A stretch of 64,000 bases of DNA from Cetorhinus maximus. Its lineage: Eukaryota. The position numbers and the translations under genes were made by a program. The stretch lies in the NCBI RefSeq assembly GCF_964194155.1, contig NC_135899.1:83018001-83082000 (forward strand). The letters are read 5' to 3'. This document shows, one piece after another, positions 1 through 12,154 of this stretch (position 1 is the first letter of the stretch; every line of letters begins with the position of its first letter). The notes beneath the pieces were generated by a model that was given only the letters and a program-made list of their open reading frames with translations, was not told the origin of the DNA and did no database searches.

Positions 1-3000
1 GTTCCATGGGCACCAGTTGCTCTACATTAACTAGCTAAATGGTTAGTCTTCATTGAGTAATCTGGACTGCAGGTACTGGCAGATTTGTTATTGGTGGAGG
101 ACCATCGTCCCTAAGCCTGATCCCACCCTCTCCTGATGTCCATATGGGAGCACTTTTTACATACTTAACAGACAAGGTTTTCCCCTTTCTGAAACTATAC
201 ACTCTTTCTCTTTCATCTGTTTTAATATCCTTTGGCACTTGATAAAAATTTCAGTTTTTATAAGGATTGAGTCTCAAAATCTAATAAAATAGGGAGACAG
301 TGAAATAAAAGCAATTGAGCCATGGCAGCATAAACGTCAGCTATAGTTATAAACATTTAATGTGATGATACAGTGGAAAATCATAAATCTGACATTCAAA
401 TATCTAAAAAGGAGCAATAAATTACATTTATAGAAAAGTTTTAGCTTTAAAATGTGCTATATGTTAATAGTAAATCAATGTATCATGTCAAATATTAGAC
501 AGCACATTTTGAACCTTCTTAACCCTAGTCTCCTTTTAATTTAAATTAATGTAAGCTAAACTAAACAATCAAAAATGTACAAAAAATCTCCTGTACTATT
601 CTAGTAAAATTGCTCAATTCGATTTGTTGGATAATTTGAATCTTTCTTCAAGCGAAATAAGACATTAAATTAACAGTTGAAGATTTTATTTAGACACTCT
701 GGATCCCAACATCATTTTGGTCACTGGGCTTCAGGTCAAACTAGTTAAATATAGAGCTGGAAGTGCGAGAAGGTCAGGATATGTTGAATACAAATCAAAG
801 AACAAGGTATTAGGATATTTACCCATCTTTTAAAATTCACTGTATTGTGACAGAAACATCATCAAGCCAGTGCCCCATTATTCTGAAGTTATAGGTGAAG
901 AAACTTACCTTAAGTAAATGGCTATGGAGGATAATCCATCCCAATGTTGACACTAGACTAATGAATTGGTACATTAAAAAAAAATTGCACTTAAGCCTGC
1001 ATGCTCTAATGTGCTTCCCACACAACAGTTTAAATTCATCACCTCAAGGTGATGTTCCCACCATCAACACTACCAGATTTGTGACTACCAGCATTTTATA
1101 TAATGTTGTACAACCACAGATGTGTTTGGAAGGATAAATTACACATCCACTGTTGGGTTTTACTCCCAGTTTAGATGGAGACAGAGCTGGCCCTGCACAT
1201 AATGAATAACATTTTGCCACAAAAAACGTGCTATATGTAGGTTCATGTCAAATGCAGTGTTGACAATAAACTCAGGTAAATGAGAATACAAAGCTTTAGT
1301 AACAATATGCTATTCCATCTATTAACAGATTGACTGAAGCTGAAGGCTAATATTTCTGAAAGACGGGATAAAGGATTTGTGAAAAAAAATTCCCTTGTAT
1401 GTGTCAGCATGCAAGCACCATGCAATCAAAATGTACACTGGCTTCACAGATCACTTACGTATGAATAAACACCTAAATGTACAATAATCTCAAAATATAT
1501 GAATGTATATTTAAAATGTATGTGCGAACGCAGGGGAAAAAAAATACTGGACAACATACAGCAATCAGGAACATACAGGACTTGCCCCATTTGACTGCCT
1601 TGATAAAGAGTACAAGAGCGAAACAAATTCATGATGTGCTTTACCAAGGAACAAAAGATCTAGTGAATCAAAATGGACTCCCACATTCTGAACAGAACAT
1701 TCCAATTTGACAGCACTTATTCAAGACAAATCAGATCAGTGTGTGCCTAGCTTCCAGAATTATTTTCTAGTTTAAAATCTAGCCTTAGCAAAATCAAGCT
1801 CCTCCTGAGGGGATCCGACAAGTCATGATTCCCAAGTGTCTGTTATCTATTTAGCAACTGTACCATTTAGCCATAGTAAGTCTGCATGGGCTCTTTCGGC
1901 TGAATGGCCTGTGTCTGTGCTTTATGTTCTACATTACAAGTACTGAATGGTGCTCCAACTGAGCCTGAAAGAACTGAATTGCAAGCCGTAACATCTCTAG
2001 TTTTTCAATGTCACATGGGTTGGGTGGTTGTCCATAGGCTCTGGATCCCATATTTCCAGGCTGAGCTTACCATCATTAAAAGGAAGAGTATGGTTTTCAT
2101 CAGGACTGCTACCATTATACAATCCCAGGCCACCTCCACTATGCAGGCTCAACTGAGGCAGCATCCACATCCTCTGCCTGATAAAGGGAAGGCCATTCAG
2201 CAAGGATGTTTAAATTGAGATGTGTAAAGATTAAGCAATTAATGTATAAACAGCTCACATTTATAAGAAATATAAGGCAACTAGAAACCATAAAATAGTC
2301 AAGCTAGAACCTACCCAGAACATAAAATCACATGTCTAAAGAAATTTGATGCAATAAGTTGCTGACAAAGGGTAGGTTAAGGCCTTGGACAGGAAAACAA
2401 GGGTCAAGGGTATTGTGAAAAGCAACTCCATAAGGAAAAAGCGTAAATAACAAGAATATTATAAGAATTTGAATTTAAATGCTTGGAGAAAGACAGGATA
2501 ACTGAAAACGAGAGGAAGAGTTACATCATGAAGGAAAAGAAAGGTTACATGGTTTCTGACTTGAAATACTTAAACTATTAATTGTTTCAAATATTACCAG
2601 AGGCAACAGAATTTATTTTGATTTCATTTTTTAAAAATGCAAAATGACTAAGTCGAACTCAGGGAATGGCCTATCCTAATGGAATGAGCTCACCAGTGGA
2701 TGACTGCGCCATGTGGTGTGGCATTGAATGATAGAGATCAGAAAGGCCCCAGGTTTGAATTCTGATGTGTATGAGATTAGCCAAGCTCATAAAAGATGCA
2801 ACTATCAGCATCCCTGGGAAAAGAGGCAAATGGAAACTAGCCAAGCAGTCCACAGCTGATCACTATCCAGCAAGCATCGTCAGATGGAAGGGACAATACA
2901 TTAGGCTCAGCTGTAATTGACCCATTTGAACAGTCTGTACTCACTCACTATGTGGACTGTATCACAAGAAAGGCACCTGGGCCAAACACAAAGTACAAGA

Positions 3001-4033
3001 ATGCATAAATCTATCCTTAGCATATTGAGGAAGGAAGGGGACAAGAAGAAAAACTGAAGTGAATGGCATAACAGTCAAATAAATTCCACTTCAATGACTA
3101 GGATAAGGGTTGTCTTTAAAACCATCAGATAGGTATTTGAGGCAACAAAACATTCATAATTAATTTCGTCCCTGTGTCCTCAAAATACCACCTGTGTTCC
3201 ACATTTAACATGTGTTTATTACAGGGACTTTCCTAGCTCTTTGGGAATCAAGACACAGCTGATCCCTCTGCAGAAGTAAAACATGTTGACGTGGTGCAAG
3301 GGTTTCAATTTTCTACTCCTTTCATGGTTTTCCATACTTCACTTATTAAGAGATTCTCTTTTTCTGAATCCGCACCATCAAAACATTCTCTCCGACTAAA
3401 GTTAATGGCTGTTATTTGACTTTTCCTGGGTGCCCTGTAATTGCCTTACACTTTTCTAATGCATCTCTTGTTTGAGTCTTACATTGACGATATTGAGAAA
3501 TCAGCTGAATACTGATATCAAGCTCGACTGTAGGGAATTAGATTAGGTTCTATAACAATACAATGCAGGAGTTTCTTCTGGCACCATCTAATGGCAAGGA
3601 CAAATCAAATTCCAAAACACTATTTTTACATTATTCAGAGTATGCTAAACGTGCTACTTAAATCAAGCAGGTGTGTAGGTTTATTCTTATGACCAAGTTA
3701 ACAGAACATTCCATGCTAATTGTTAATGAATTAAAAGTAAGATGGGCTTCATCAATAAAAAGACTGCAAGGCTAATAAAAACTTACTAAATATATAATGT
3801 GCTGTAATCGTATCAGCAAGATAGTGCAACAGAAACAAAATGGGAAGAAAAAGGGAATGGGTGGTGGTGGTGGTGGTGGTGGGGGGGTGGAATTCAGTCC
3901 ACACCGAGATCCAATTTTTCTATCCTCAGACACACTTGCAAGCACGGGGGTTTGTAAGTATTGTTGCCAGAAAATTATACAAACTGCGTGTGACATTCAA
4001 GATCAAGCCCAAGTGATTAAAATGAATGCTTAC

Positions 4034-4128
4034 ATTGTGTTCTATTGTTTCCCTTGCTGCCTGTATCACATCGATTGCACGTTTCTTCTGTTCTGGTTCC
4101 AATAACATCTTGTAAGCTTTGTCAACAG
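4034..4128 (-). CDS. DNAJC8: DNAJC8 exon 5 (AVDKAYKMLLEPEQKKRAIDVIQAARETIEHN); remaining exons not found, probably left of the window
   Basis: tag/gtaag splice sites, 95 nt, phase matches exon 4. Confidence 0.94.
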
Positions 4129-4600
4129 CTATTAAGAAGCAAGAAAAGTTAGCATTTAATTTTGCCTACAATAAAGGAATCATTTCCTAAACAAAAAGTA
4201 CATCCCCTGCTCCACAAGTAGCCCATTGGCTAATGACAATATATGTACTGAGCCATGCAGGCAAGGAGATCCCAGATTTGATATATAATGCTGGATAGCA
4301 ATCACCAAGCACGGGCTTAATTTTTCTACCGCCTCACCCCAGGCAATACAAATCAACTGTGCCCCCTCAACTACTGTTCCAGTTCAAGGTCAGCAAACTC
4401 AACAGAAATCAAACCTGGGACCTTCCTTGTCTGCATTCAATTGAATTTTATACCATATGGAATACTACCAGAAGGATCATTTTAATAATGAATTTGTTGG
4501 CTGAACTTTTGTCTAGTTTCCCAAACATACATTATAAAGATCCACAAAAAATCGTACAATCGCATTAAGTCTTATTCCTACCAAGGATGCATTGACTTAC

Positions 4601-4667
4601 CTTCGAAAGCCTTTTGCGCTCTTTCAGGATCATCTTGATTTTTGTCTGGATGGACCAAGATTGATAG
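4601..4667 (-). CDS. DNAJC8: DNAJC8 exon 4 (LSILVHPDKNQDDPERAQKAFE), contains the HPD motif
   Basis: tag/gtaag splice sites, 67 nt, J-domain HPD. Confidence 0.96.
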
Positions 4668-5204
4668 CTATAATTATGAAAAAAATTATTTATGATGCAT
4701 GCAAAATCTAAGATATTAGAATGTTACAGAAATTGTTAGCGTAGCAATTTTCTGAGACAGAGAGTACACATTTCAATGTATGAAAGACTTCAATCCTTCT
4801 TGACAAGAGTGTTCTTAATAATTTCCTTTCTATTCTTCACCCTTGGCCTTTGTTAAAGTCTTGTCATTTTCCAGTTTCTAATTCTCCATTTGCACCATAC
4901 CTTTCGGCATTCAAATTTAAAATGTTAAGTCCTTCCTGATCCTTTCCTCTTCCTATATTTCAATCTCTGTTGAACTGAAAGGATCCAAAACACTCCATGC
5001 AGCTACTGAATTAAGGCTGGGGAAAAAAAGCCTTAGCTCAGGTCTGCTAGCAGCACAGGCTAAAATGCAAAGGTGCACAATAAACTTCTTGTTGACAGAG
5101 CATTAAGCATTGCACTTAAATGCGAACCCACAGCAAGGATCAAGTAGTGACACCATGTAACTAATTAATCCCACTACTGGATCCCGATAAATCAATCAGA
5201 AAAT

Positions 5205-5575
5205 ACACGGCCTGGTACGCTACTGAGTTATACATACTAGGAAGGACCCAAATCCGATGCCTGATGTGTGCCAAATTGGTTGTTCTGAGCTGGAACTGTA
5301 GTACGGCGCTAGAATAGGCCTCAAGAGTGCTCAGATTAGGATTGTTTCTTCAAAAAAAAAGAAAATCAGCCAGAGTTCTCCCTCCTGCTCACTATTCAGT
5401 GACCACTGCCTGAAAGTACATACGTGTGGACGCTGGGTGAGGGTAGCCTGACGATACTCACTGTCTGGGCTCACAGCTGAAGAATGGCCACTTGGGCGAG
5501 GTACCGAAGGGCTGCTTGCACCCAGAGAACCATACCCCAACGTGAGTCAGCACCTTGAGGAAGGGAGAGAATTTG
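5205..5575 (+). mobile_element. Old SINE-like repeat; related copies at ~2690-3040, ~4225-4450 and ~5870-6135 (reverse)
   Basis: Recurring shared blocks (e.g. TCACTATCCAG/TCACTATTCAG) and tRNA-like heads. Confidence 0.45.
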
Positions 5576-6478
5576 GAAAAAAAAGTGTCGATTTTCACAG
5601 GCTAGTAAAGGATATGCTATGTCTAGTGCATGATATGGCCCCAGTGAATTAAAATAAAAAACATTGCCAAATTTCTTTAATATGATTAAATTACTTTTAA
5701 TTCAATAAATCATAAAAAAACTTCATAGTAATTTTTTTCACAAGAAAAAAGCAACAATCAGCATTAGTAATGTCAATTCCTGTTAAGTGAATATCTTGTT
5801 TGCCCACAAAAATCTCCCTAAAGAGTGCGGTGAAATGTTAGTAAGGGTTATCTGCCACATGTTGTCTCCTGAAGGTGTTGACTCATGCTGGAGCATTGTG
5901 CCACAGGCACCAGCAGCATTCCAGTACCTAACCAATGGCTAGCCTACACGTGCAGGACTAGACGTCATCGGGCCATTCTACATGGGGGCCATCATTGACA
6001 AGCCCAGTGGTGATCTCACCTGACGTCCTACCACGTGCACTTTCTGACAGGACTGCTGCCCAGGCCGAGAATGGAACCTGCATTCTTCTGGTCCAAATGG
6101 ATCAATAGCACTCTGCCTTTATCAAATGGGCCATCAGGCAGGAGGCAATGGGGGAGCATGAGAACTTTAATTGTCATATATGTTAACTTGCTTTAACTTT
6201 GTATGGTAAATTATTGAACCAACACATGTCATGCAACATATTATTACAGACAATAATTGCAGAATTTGGGCTCTAACCAAAGCAAAATTTGGAGAAAAAA
6301 AATGTATTCACTTAACAAGAATTCTCAACCAAAACAACAGTCAGTTAACAAAATGTAATGGATGTAGATAAAAATTGTTTTGGAATTTTCAATTTTTATT
6401 CACTCACTTAAATGACATCGACTGTACCTAAGGTCTTTGCTACCTTAGCCTGTAGTACGGCAACAGAGATGTGTCTAC

Positions 6479-6535
6479 CTGTCTGAACCGCTTTTTCAGC
6501 TCTTCATCTGTTGCTTCAGGATCTATCTGCAATAC
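6479..6535 (-). CDS. DNAJC8: DNAJC8 exon 3 (VLQIDPEATDEELKKRFRQ)
   Basis: cag/gtag splice sites, 57 nt, J-domain helices. Confidence 0.95.
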
Positions 6536-6817
6536 CTGTGTAACAAAACATACATATATGGCAACAACAATTATCTTTTTTTCAGGCACCATGAGGAAAT
6601 TGCTATAACAAAGCGAGTTAACTAACTGGGAGGGTAGTTAGCATTACAATGTAGCCCTAAAGTGAGCATGTTACATAGACTTAATCATTAATACTTACAA
6701 ATAACTTACAGAATTTATACATAACTTACTTACACAAATGAAATGAATAAAACTGCCGAATGTGAAAACAAAGGCAATCAGTAACTTATTTCTAGATACA
6801 TCTTAAAAAAAAATCCA

Positions 6818-7650
6818 GGGAGTTTCCGCTGGGTCACAATTCACCTAAAATGCACCAAACCAGCGTAAGAGAGGAAGGGGTTTGAAGCACAACTTACATC
6901 CAGCACAAATAGAGAGCCTGCGATCTCTGTCGCTGGTTTTAAAAACAAATCACATTGGAAATTGGCCCTGCCCACAAACTGGATGTCCCCAGTCTGAATT
7001 AATGAGCAGTGAGTTTCTGCCAATTGTTCCCATCTGCAACCCTTCAACAAAGCTCTTCAGATTTTTGTTTTTCCATAAGGGTTTGTTTTGTAAAGACAAA
7101 TCAGTGTCTCGCCCAATGCCTGATTTTAAATCACTGAACATGACTTTAAAGAACTGTACAGAATCATTTACTATGTTCACTAGTCAGTTCTGAATTAATT
7201 AAATATTTCTTAATGTTTACTTTTTTTTTAGAAAGATGCCTGCAAAGGTAAACATTAAGAAATATTTAATTAATTCAGAACTGACCAGTGAACATAGTAA
7301 ATGATTCTGTACAGTTCTTTAAAGTCATATTCAGTGATTTAAAATCAGGCGTTGGGCGAGACACTGATTAAAAATGCTTATTTTTGTGATAATTTCATTT
7401 TCAGTTGTATTAATAAAACAGCACCAGGTGATCACTCTTAAATATATTAACATTTCTTTTAACACAGGGCAAAAATAAACAGTTACATCCTAACATTCTG
7501 CCCAATTGCACTGGTTCATGGAAGGTTTAAGTTTGTGATATGCAAATTAGTTTGAGCTGGAAATTGAACCATAACTTAACTTTGGAAAACTGCAGCAATT
7601 TTGAATGAAATTGTGCTGAATTGCTGATTGTGTCAGAGCAGAAATTCTAC
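6818..7650. mobile_element. Degenerate non-autonomous DNA transposon (MITE-like) enclosing the hairpin
   Basis: Weak terminal inverted similarity (GGGAGTTTCCGCTGGGTCACAAT versus the reverse complement of ATTGTGTCAGAGCAGAAATTCTAC). Confidence 0.4.
7099..7369. repeat. Near-perfect inverted repeat: 122-bp arms (7099-7220 and 7248-7369), 27-nt spacer, 3 mismatches
   Basis: Arms compared by eye as reverse complements. Confidence 0.93.
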
Positions 7651-7766
7651 TACTTCATCCGAACAATAACATCTTGTATTTACATAATACGTTTAGCATA
7701 GCAAAATTCCCCAAGACACTTCACAGGTGCAATAAGTTGATGCTGAGCCAAGGAGACGACAATAGA

Positions 7767-8269
7767 TTTTAAAAGAGAGGCCTGCAGAAAGTTCTGGAAC
7801 AGCATGATGAAGTCTAGGAGAAGATTGCTCAGTATCTCCAGCTGAAGAACGTCATCGAGCGCTTACAGGAGTCAGAGAGCAAGGAGTTGAAGGCAGAGGT
7901 CGATCTGGGCTGTAACTTCTACGTGCAGACCAAAGTGTCCGACACAATGATGATTTTCGTATCATTGGGGTGTGGGTTCTTCTTTGAGCTCGAATTTCCT
8001 GAAGCGCTGAGCGTTATCAAGAGGAAGTCCCTTCAGCTGACTGAGTTGACAGAGAAGCTGTGGAAAGACTCAGCCAACATTAAGGACGACATCCGAATGG
8101 TGCTGGGGGCTCCCTGTAAACTCTAGTGATTCACGGATTTACCAGCGGAGAACAGGAGGGAGATTTTCTGAAGAAGCCTGGCCTCGAGTGGACGAAAGAG
8201 GCCGAGAGTGGAGTGGAGGCGGGAGAACACAGCTGAACAGCTTTCAATGTGTACAAGACTCCGTAAAAT
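7767..8269 (+). pseudogene. UXT: 5'-truncated processed pseudogene (retrocopy) of UXT, a prefoldin-alpha-like protein
   Basis: Intronless frame KRGLQKVLEQHDEV*EKIAQYLQLKNVIERLQE...VDLGCNFYVQ...IFVSLGCGFFFEL...KDSANIK with in-frame stops; 3'UTR-like tail; candidate TSD AATAGA at 7761-7766 and 8270-8275. Confidence 0.88.
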
Positions 8270-8754
8270 AATAGAACGAATGACCAAAAGCCTGGTCAAA
8301 GAGGTAGGTTTGACTGAACGTCTTAAAGGAAGAGAGAGAGAGGTGAAGATAATTCCAAAGCTGAAAGCAGGGCCACCAACAATGAAGTGGTGGAAATCAG
8401 GAATAAGCTAAAGGCCAGAACCGATGCAGCACAGAGTTTTCAGAAGATTGTGGGTCTGAATGCTAGGGTATCAAAGGATTTCAACAAAGAGATAAACATT
8501 TTAAATTTGAGGCATTGCTGGACAGGAAGTCCATATAAGTCAGCGAGCACAGGGGTGAATGTGACTTGGCATGAGTCTGGTTAGAGATAGCAAAGCTTGG
8601 AATGAGCTAAAATTTCTTACGGGTGGAAAATGGGGAGGGGGGGGCCAACTAGGAGAGTATTGGAATAGTCAAGTCTGGAGATAATAATAGTATGGATGAG
8701 ATTTTCAGCATTGAAGGGGCTGAGGCAGGGACGGGGACATCAATGATGAAATTT

Positions 8755-9470
8755 ATCATTGCCTTCGGCCGACTGAGGAAAAGGGTATTTGAGGACTAGG
8801 ATTTCAAACCCTAGAATAAGGTAATGGTTTACCAAGCGGCAGTGATCCCTGCACTCCTATATGCTCCTGAGACTTGGGCAACCTACAGCAGGTACCTCAA
8901 AGCACGGGAGAAGTGCCAGCAGCAGCGTCTTCATAAGATTCTCTAAATCTGATGGCAGGAACGGCGGTCCAATAACAGTGTCCTCTCCCAAGTCAAAATA
9001 CCCAGCATCGAGGCATTAATCACTCAAAACCAGGTCCACTGGGAATGACATGTCACTTCTATGCCTAACGCCAGACTCCCAAAGCAATTGTGCTGCATGG
9101 AATTTGATCGCAACAGGAGGCTTCCAGGAGGACAGCCGAAATGCTTTAGGGATGTCCTCAAAGCATCCCTGTTGAGGTCAAACATCCCTGTTGACTCATG
9201 GGAGTCCAGGCTTGTGACTGTCCAAAATGGAGAAGGCTCATTCGGGAAAGCACCAAACACATCGAGATACTTTGTCTGGAACTCACAGAGGTGAAATCGA
9301 GGATAGCGCAAACGTCCAAACAACTAGTCTACCCGACCCTTCAGGCATCACCTGCCCCACATGTAGCAGAGTCTGTAGATCACACACTTGAATTATCAGC
9401 TATCTCAGAACCCATTGAACCACAGTGGAAACAAGTCACCCTCAATCCTTAGGGATTGCCTAAGGAGAAG
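8755..9470 (+). mobile_element. RTE-clade LINE 3' fragment (degenerate RT C-terminal region)
   Basis: AFGRLRKRVF...ALLYAPETW...RLPKQL...CFRDVLKASL with stops; inserted within L2-like sequence. Confidence 0.75.
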
Positions 9471-10210
9471 GATGGCTAATAAAATGGAGGTGGAAGTAAC
9501 TGAGACGGTATAGAGTAGGAAGCTCAGGGTCAAATAGGATGTTGAGATCATGGAAATCTGATTCAGCCTATGATGCAAGCCAGAAAGAGGGAAGGATTAT
9601 GTGGCTAACGAAGGGAGTTACTGACAGTATCAAAGACAATGGCCTGGGTCTTCCCAATGTTTAAATGGAGGAATTTTTATGCTCATCCAGTACTGGATTT
9701 TGAACAAGCAGTGTAGCACAAGGCAGTGGAGGGGTCGAGGAGGAGAGGGTGGTGAGGGTGCCATCAGGGTACATGTGGAACCCGACGCTGTGTCACTGAG
9801 GGACAGCACGTAGATGAGAAATAGGAAGTAGCCAAGGATTCCAGGGGTAATAGGATCAGGGAAGAGGAGCCATTGCAGGAAGCTCTGTGGCTACAATCAG
9901 ATATTTAGGAAGGTAACTAGACAATGTCAGTCCCACTCAGCTGGATAACAGTTCCGAAGAAGCGTCATATTGGATTCAAAACGTTAACTGTTTCTCTCTC
10001 CACAGATGTTGCCAGACCTAAGTTTTCCCAGCAATTTGTTTTTATAAACAGACGAGAGGCTTTGAAGGAGAATAGCGTTGATGTGATCAACTACGTCAAC
10101 TGATACAAAGATATCGAGAAGGATGAGGAAAGATAGTCACGTAGGATGTCAGGAATTCAGGCATACTTCAACTGTTAAAAAAAAGCTACAAAAGTTGGAA
10201 ACAGACTTAC

Positions 10211-10312
10211 TTCAAATGGATTTAGGTTAATGTAGGTGGATCCAGGTCTCGTCAGTCTTTCAATTTGCTGTTTTGGAGTTAGAACAGAGTCCCTCTTTTC
10301 AATCTGCTTAAC
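10211..10312 (-). CDS. DNAJC8: DNAJC8 exon 2 (VKQIEKRDSVLTPKQQIERLTRPGSTYINLNPFE)
   Basis: cag acceptor and gtaag donor, 102 nt; near-identical to vertebrate DNAJC8. Confidence 0.96.
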
Positions 10313-10434
10313 CTGCAAGAACATAAAGATTGCATTTATCAAATGTGATTTTAAAATTAATTTACAGATATGGCATAAAACAAAATGACGATTAAGGAAA
10401 ACACTAGAAATCACAGACATCTTTGAAAATGTAC

Positions 10435-10960
10435 ACCAACAAACAGCTTATATTTATATAGCGCCTTTAATGTAGTAAAACATCCCAAGGTGCTTCACAG
10501 GAGCGACACAAAATAAAGTCTGATAGCAATTGCATAAGGAAATATTAGGGCAGATGATCATAAGCTTGATCAAAGAGATAGGTTTTAAGCAGCAGCTTAG
10601 GGCCTTGGCAGTTCAAAGCACAGTCAGTGTGGAGCAATTATAACTGGGAACGTACAAAAGGACAGAATTGAAAGAGCACCAATATCTTGGAGGATCGTAA
10701 AGCTGAAGGAGATTACAGAGATAGGGAGGGGCAAGGTAAGGATTTGAAAACAAGGAAGAGAATTTTAAAATTGAGGCGTTGTTTAACTGGGAGCCAACAT
10801 ATGTTAGCGGCCATATGTTAGGGGTGCTGGCTGTACGGGACTTGGTGCAAGTTAGGCCACGTGCAAGGTTTTGGATGACCACAAGTATAGGGAGGGAGAA
10901 AATAACATGAGAGAGCAGCAGGGGTGCACTGGAACAGTCAAGATTAGAGGAAACAAAGGC
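10435..10960 (-). mobile_element. L2-like LINE 3' fragment; similar pieces at ~7665-7760, ~8276-8740, ~9480-10150, ~16400-16700, ~17400-18350, ~56620-57060 and ~62500-62790
   Basis: Recurrent tail ...TTTATATAGCGCCTTTAA...CCAAGGTGCTTCACAGG...AAGCTTGGTCAAAGAG. Confidence 0.6.
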
Positions 10961-11558
10961 ATTTGTATGAAATAGATGCAATGACATTAATAAGATGCAA
11001 TCAGTTTGAAATACTACAATGCTGTGTTGTAAGGTATTATAACTAAACATAAAGGCAAGTGAGAAGGAGAAAAAGGCTCTTTGTATAAGAAACATAAAAT
11101 GAAGCACATTCAACAAGTGTAACATCCCAGTACTGAAGCAACAACACAATGTAACAGGCTGAGTGAGCCAACAAGTATAAAATAAGCAACGTTATTACAT
11201 TGTTGGGGTAGACCCAACTGAGCTTCAGGCAGTGCCGAGGGCAAAGGCTAAAACCAAAGCAGGAAACTTAATTACTGTGCTGAGCTTTTTACTAATTTTA
11301 TATTGTGTTTGGATACACTCAGATTAGATATACTTCCAAATAAATATCTAAACAGAAGATCACTAGAGATTAAAATCGGGGTTGCTGAAATCCACCAATA
11401 AATTCCCAAATTTATCTTGAATCAGTAAAAACATTCCTCTCTTAAACTTGAAGGAAAAAACCCTTGACATTTTCACTTCTTTAACAAAAACCAGGTCTAG
11501 AGATAAACATGTGAACCATTCATGATGTTAGCACGTATGTTTCAAGCTGTACAAGCTG

Positions 11559-12154
11559 TTGTGGGATTCTGTTCGGTGTGGCTATGTTTTTAATGCACAC
11601 CAGTGGAAAGGAAATAATGTAACATACCATGTGGCTTCTATCCTGCTCTACATGTACAGACGTACACCAAATTGGATCTGCGTGAGAGTGGTCTCCGAGA
11701 AATCGTCTCTCCGTCGAAGCTGAGATTTACCTGAGCCTGCGACAGTCCGAGTTATCTGCTGAGGTACAAACAACCTTACCCTACACACATGCAGAGCTGC
11801 CTACACAAGTTGATGCAGTTTTGCAAACGGTATAGCCAATGAATCCTCTGATGTCTATGACGAGCACCTCATTGTTCAAAATCTAAAAATCCCACCACTA
11901 CCACCACCATGTTGTGTTTACTTCACCCTTATATTAGTATTACAGAGTACTGACTACGCATAAGGGTTCAGTTAACACTTCAACTTGGTTTCTTTATTGA
12001 AGGTTGGCTACATATATATACAGCTCTAGGTCTTCTCTGGACTAGTGCTCTCTTCAGACTGAGACACAGAGGGTAGAAGTCACATGATAAGTTACATCAT
12101 TTTCTTTACTCTACTGTGCACTAAAACATAGCCACACCTAATCGAATCTTACAA
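11559..12154. mobile_element. MITE-like element with ~75-bp imperfect terminal inverted repeats
   Basis: TTGTGGGATTCTGTTCGGTGTGGCTATGTTTTTAATGCAC matches the reverse complement of GTGCACTAAAACATAGCCACACCTAATCGAATCTTACAA. Confidence 0.7.

Noticed and set aside
50-238. 62-aa minus-strand ORF (MPKDIKTDERERVYSFRK...) as a possible DNAJC8 exon 6
   Set aside because: No resemblance to the expected ERKKQLKKEGK/EEDDPE sequence and only a weak splice acceptor; no family recognised
7887-8126. 79-aa UXT-like ORF as a functional nested gene
   Set aside because: No ATG start, an upstream in-frame stop, premature C-terminal stops and 5' truncation
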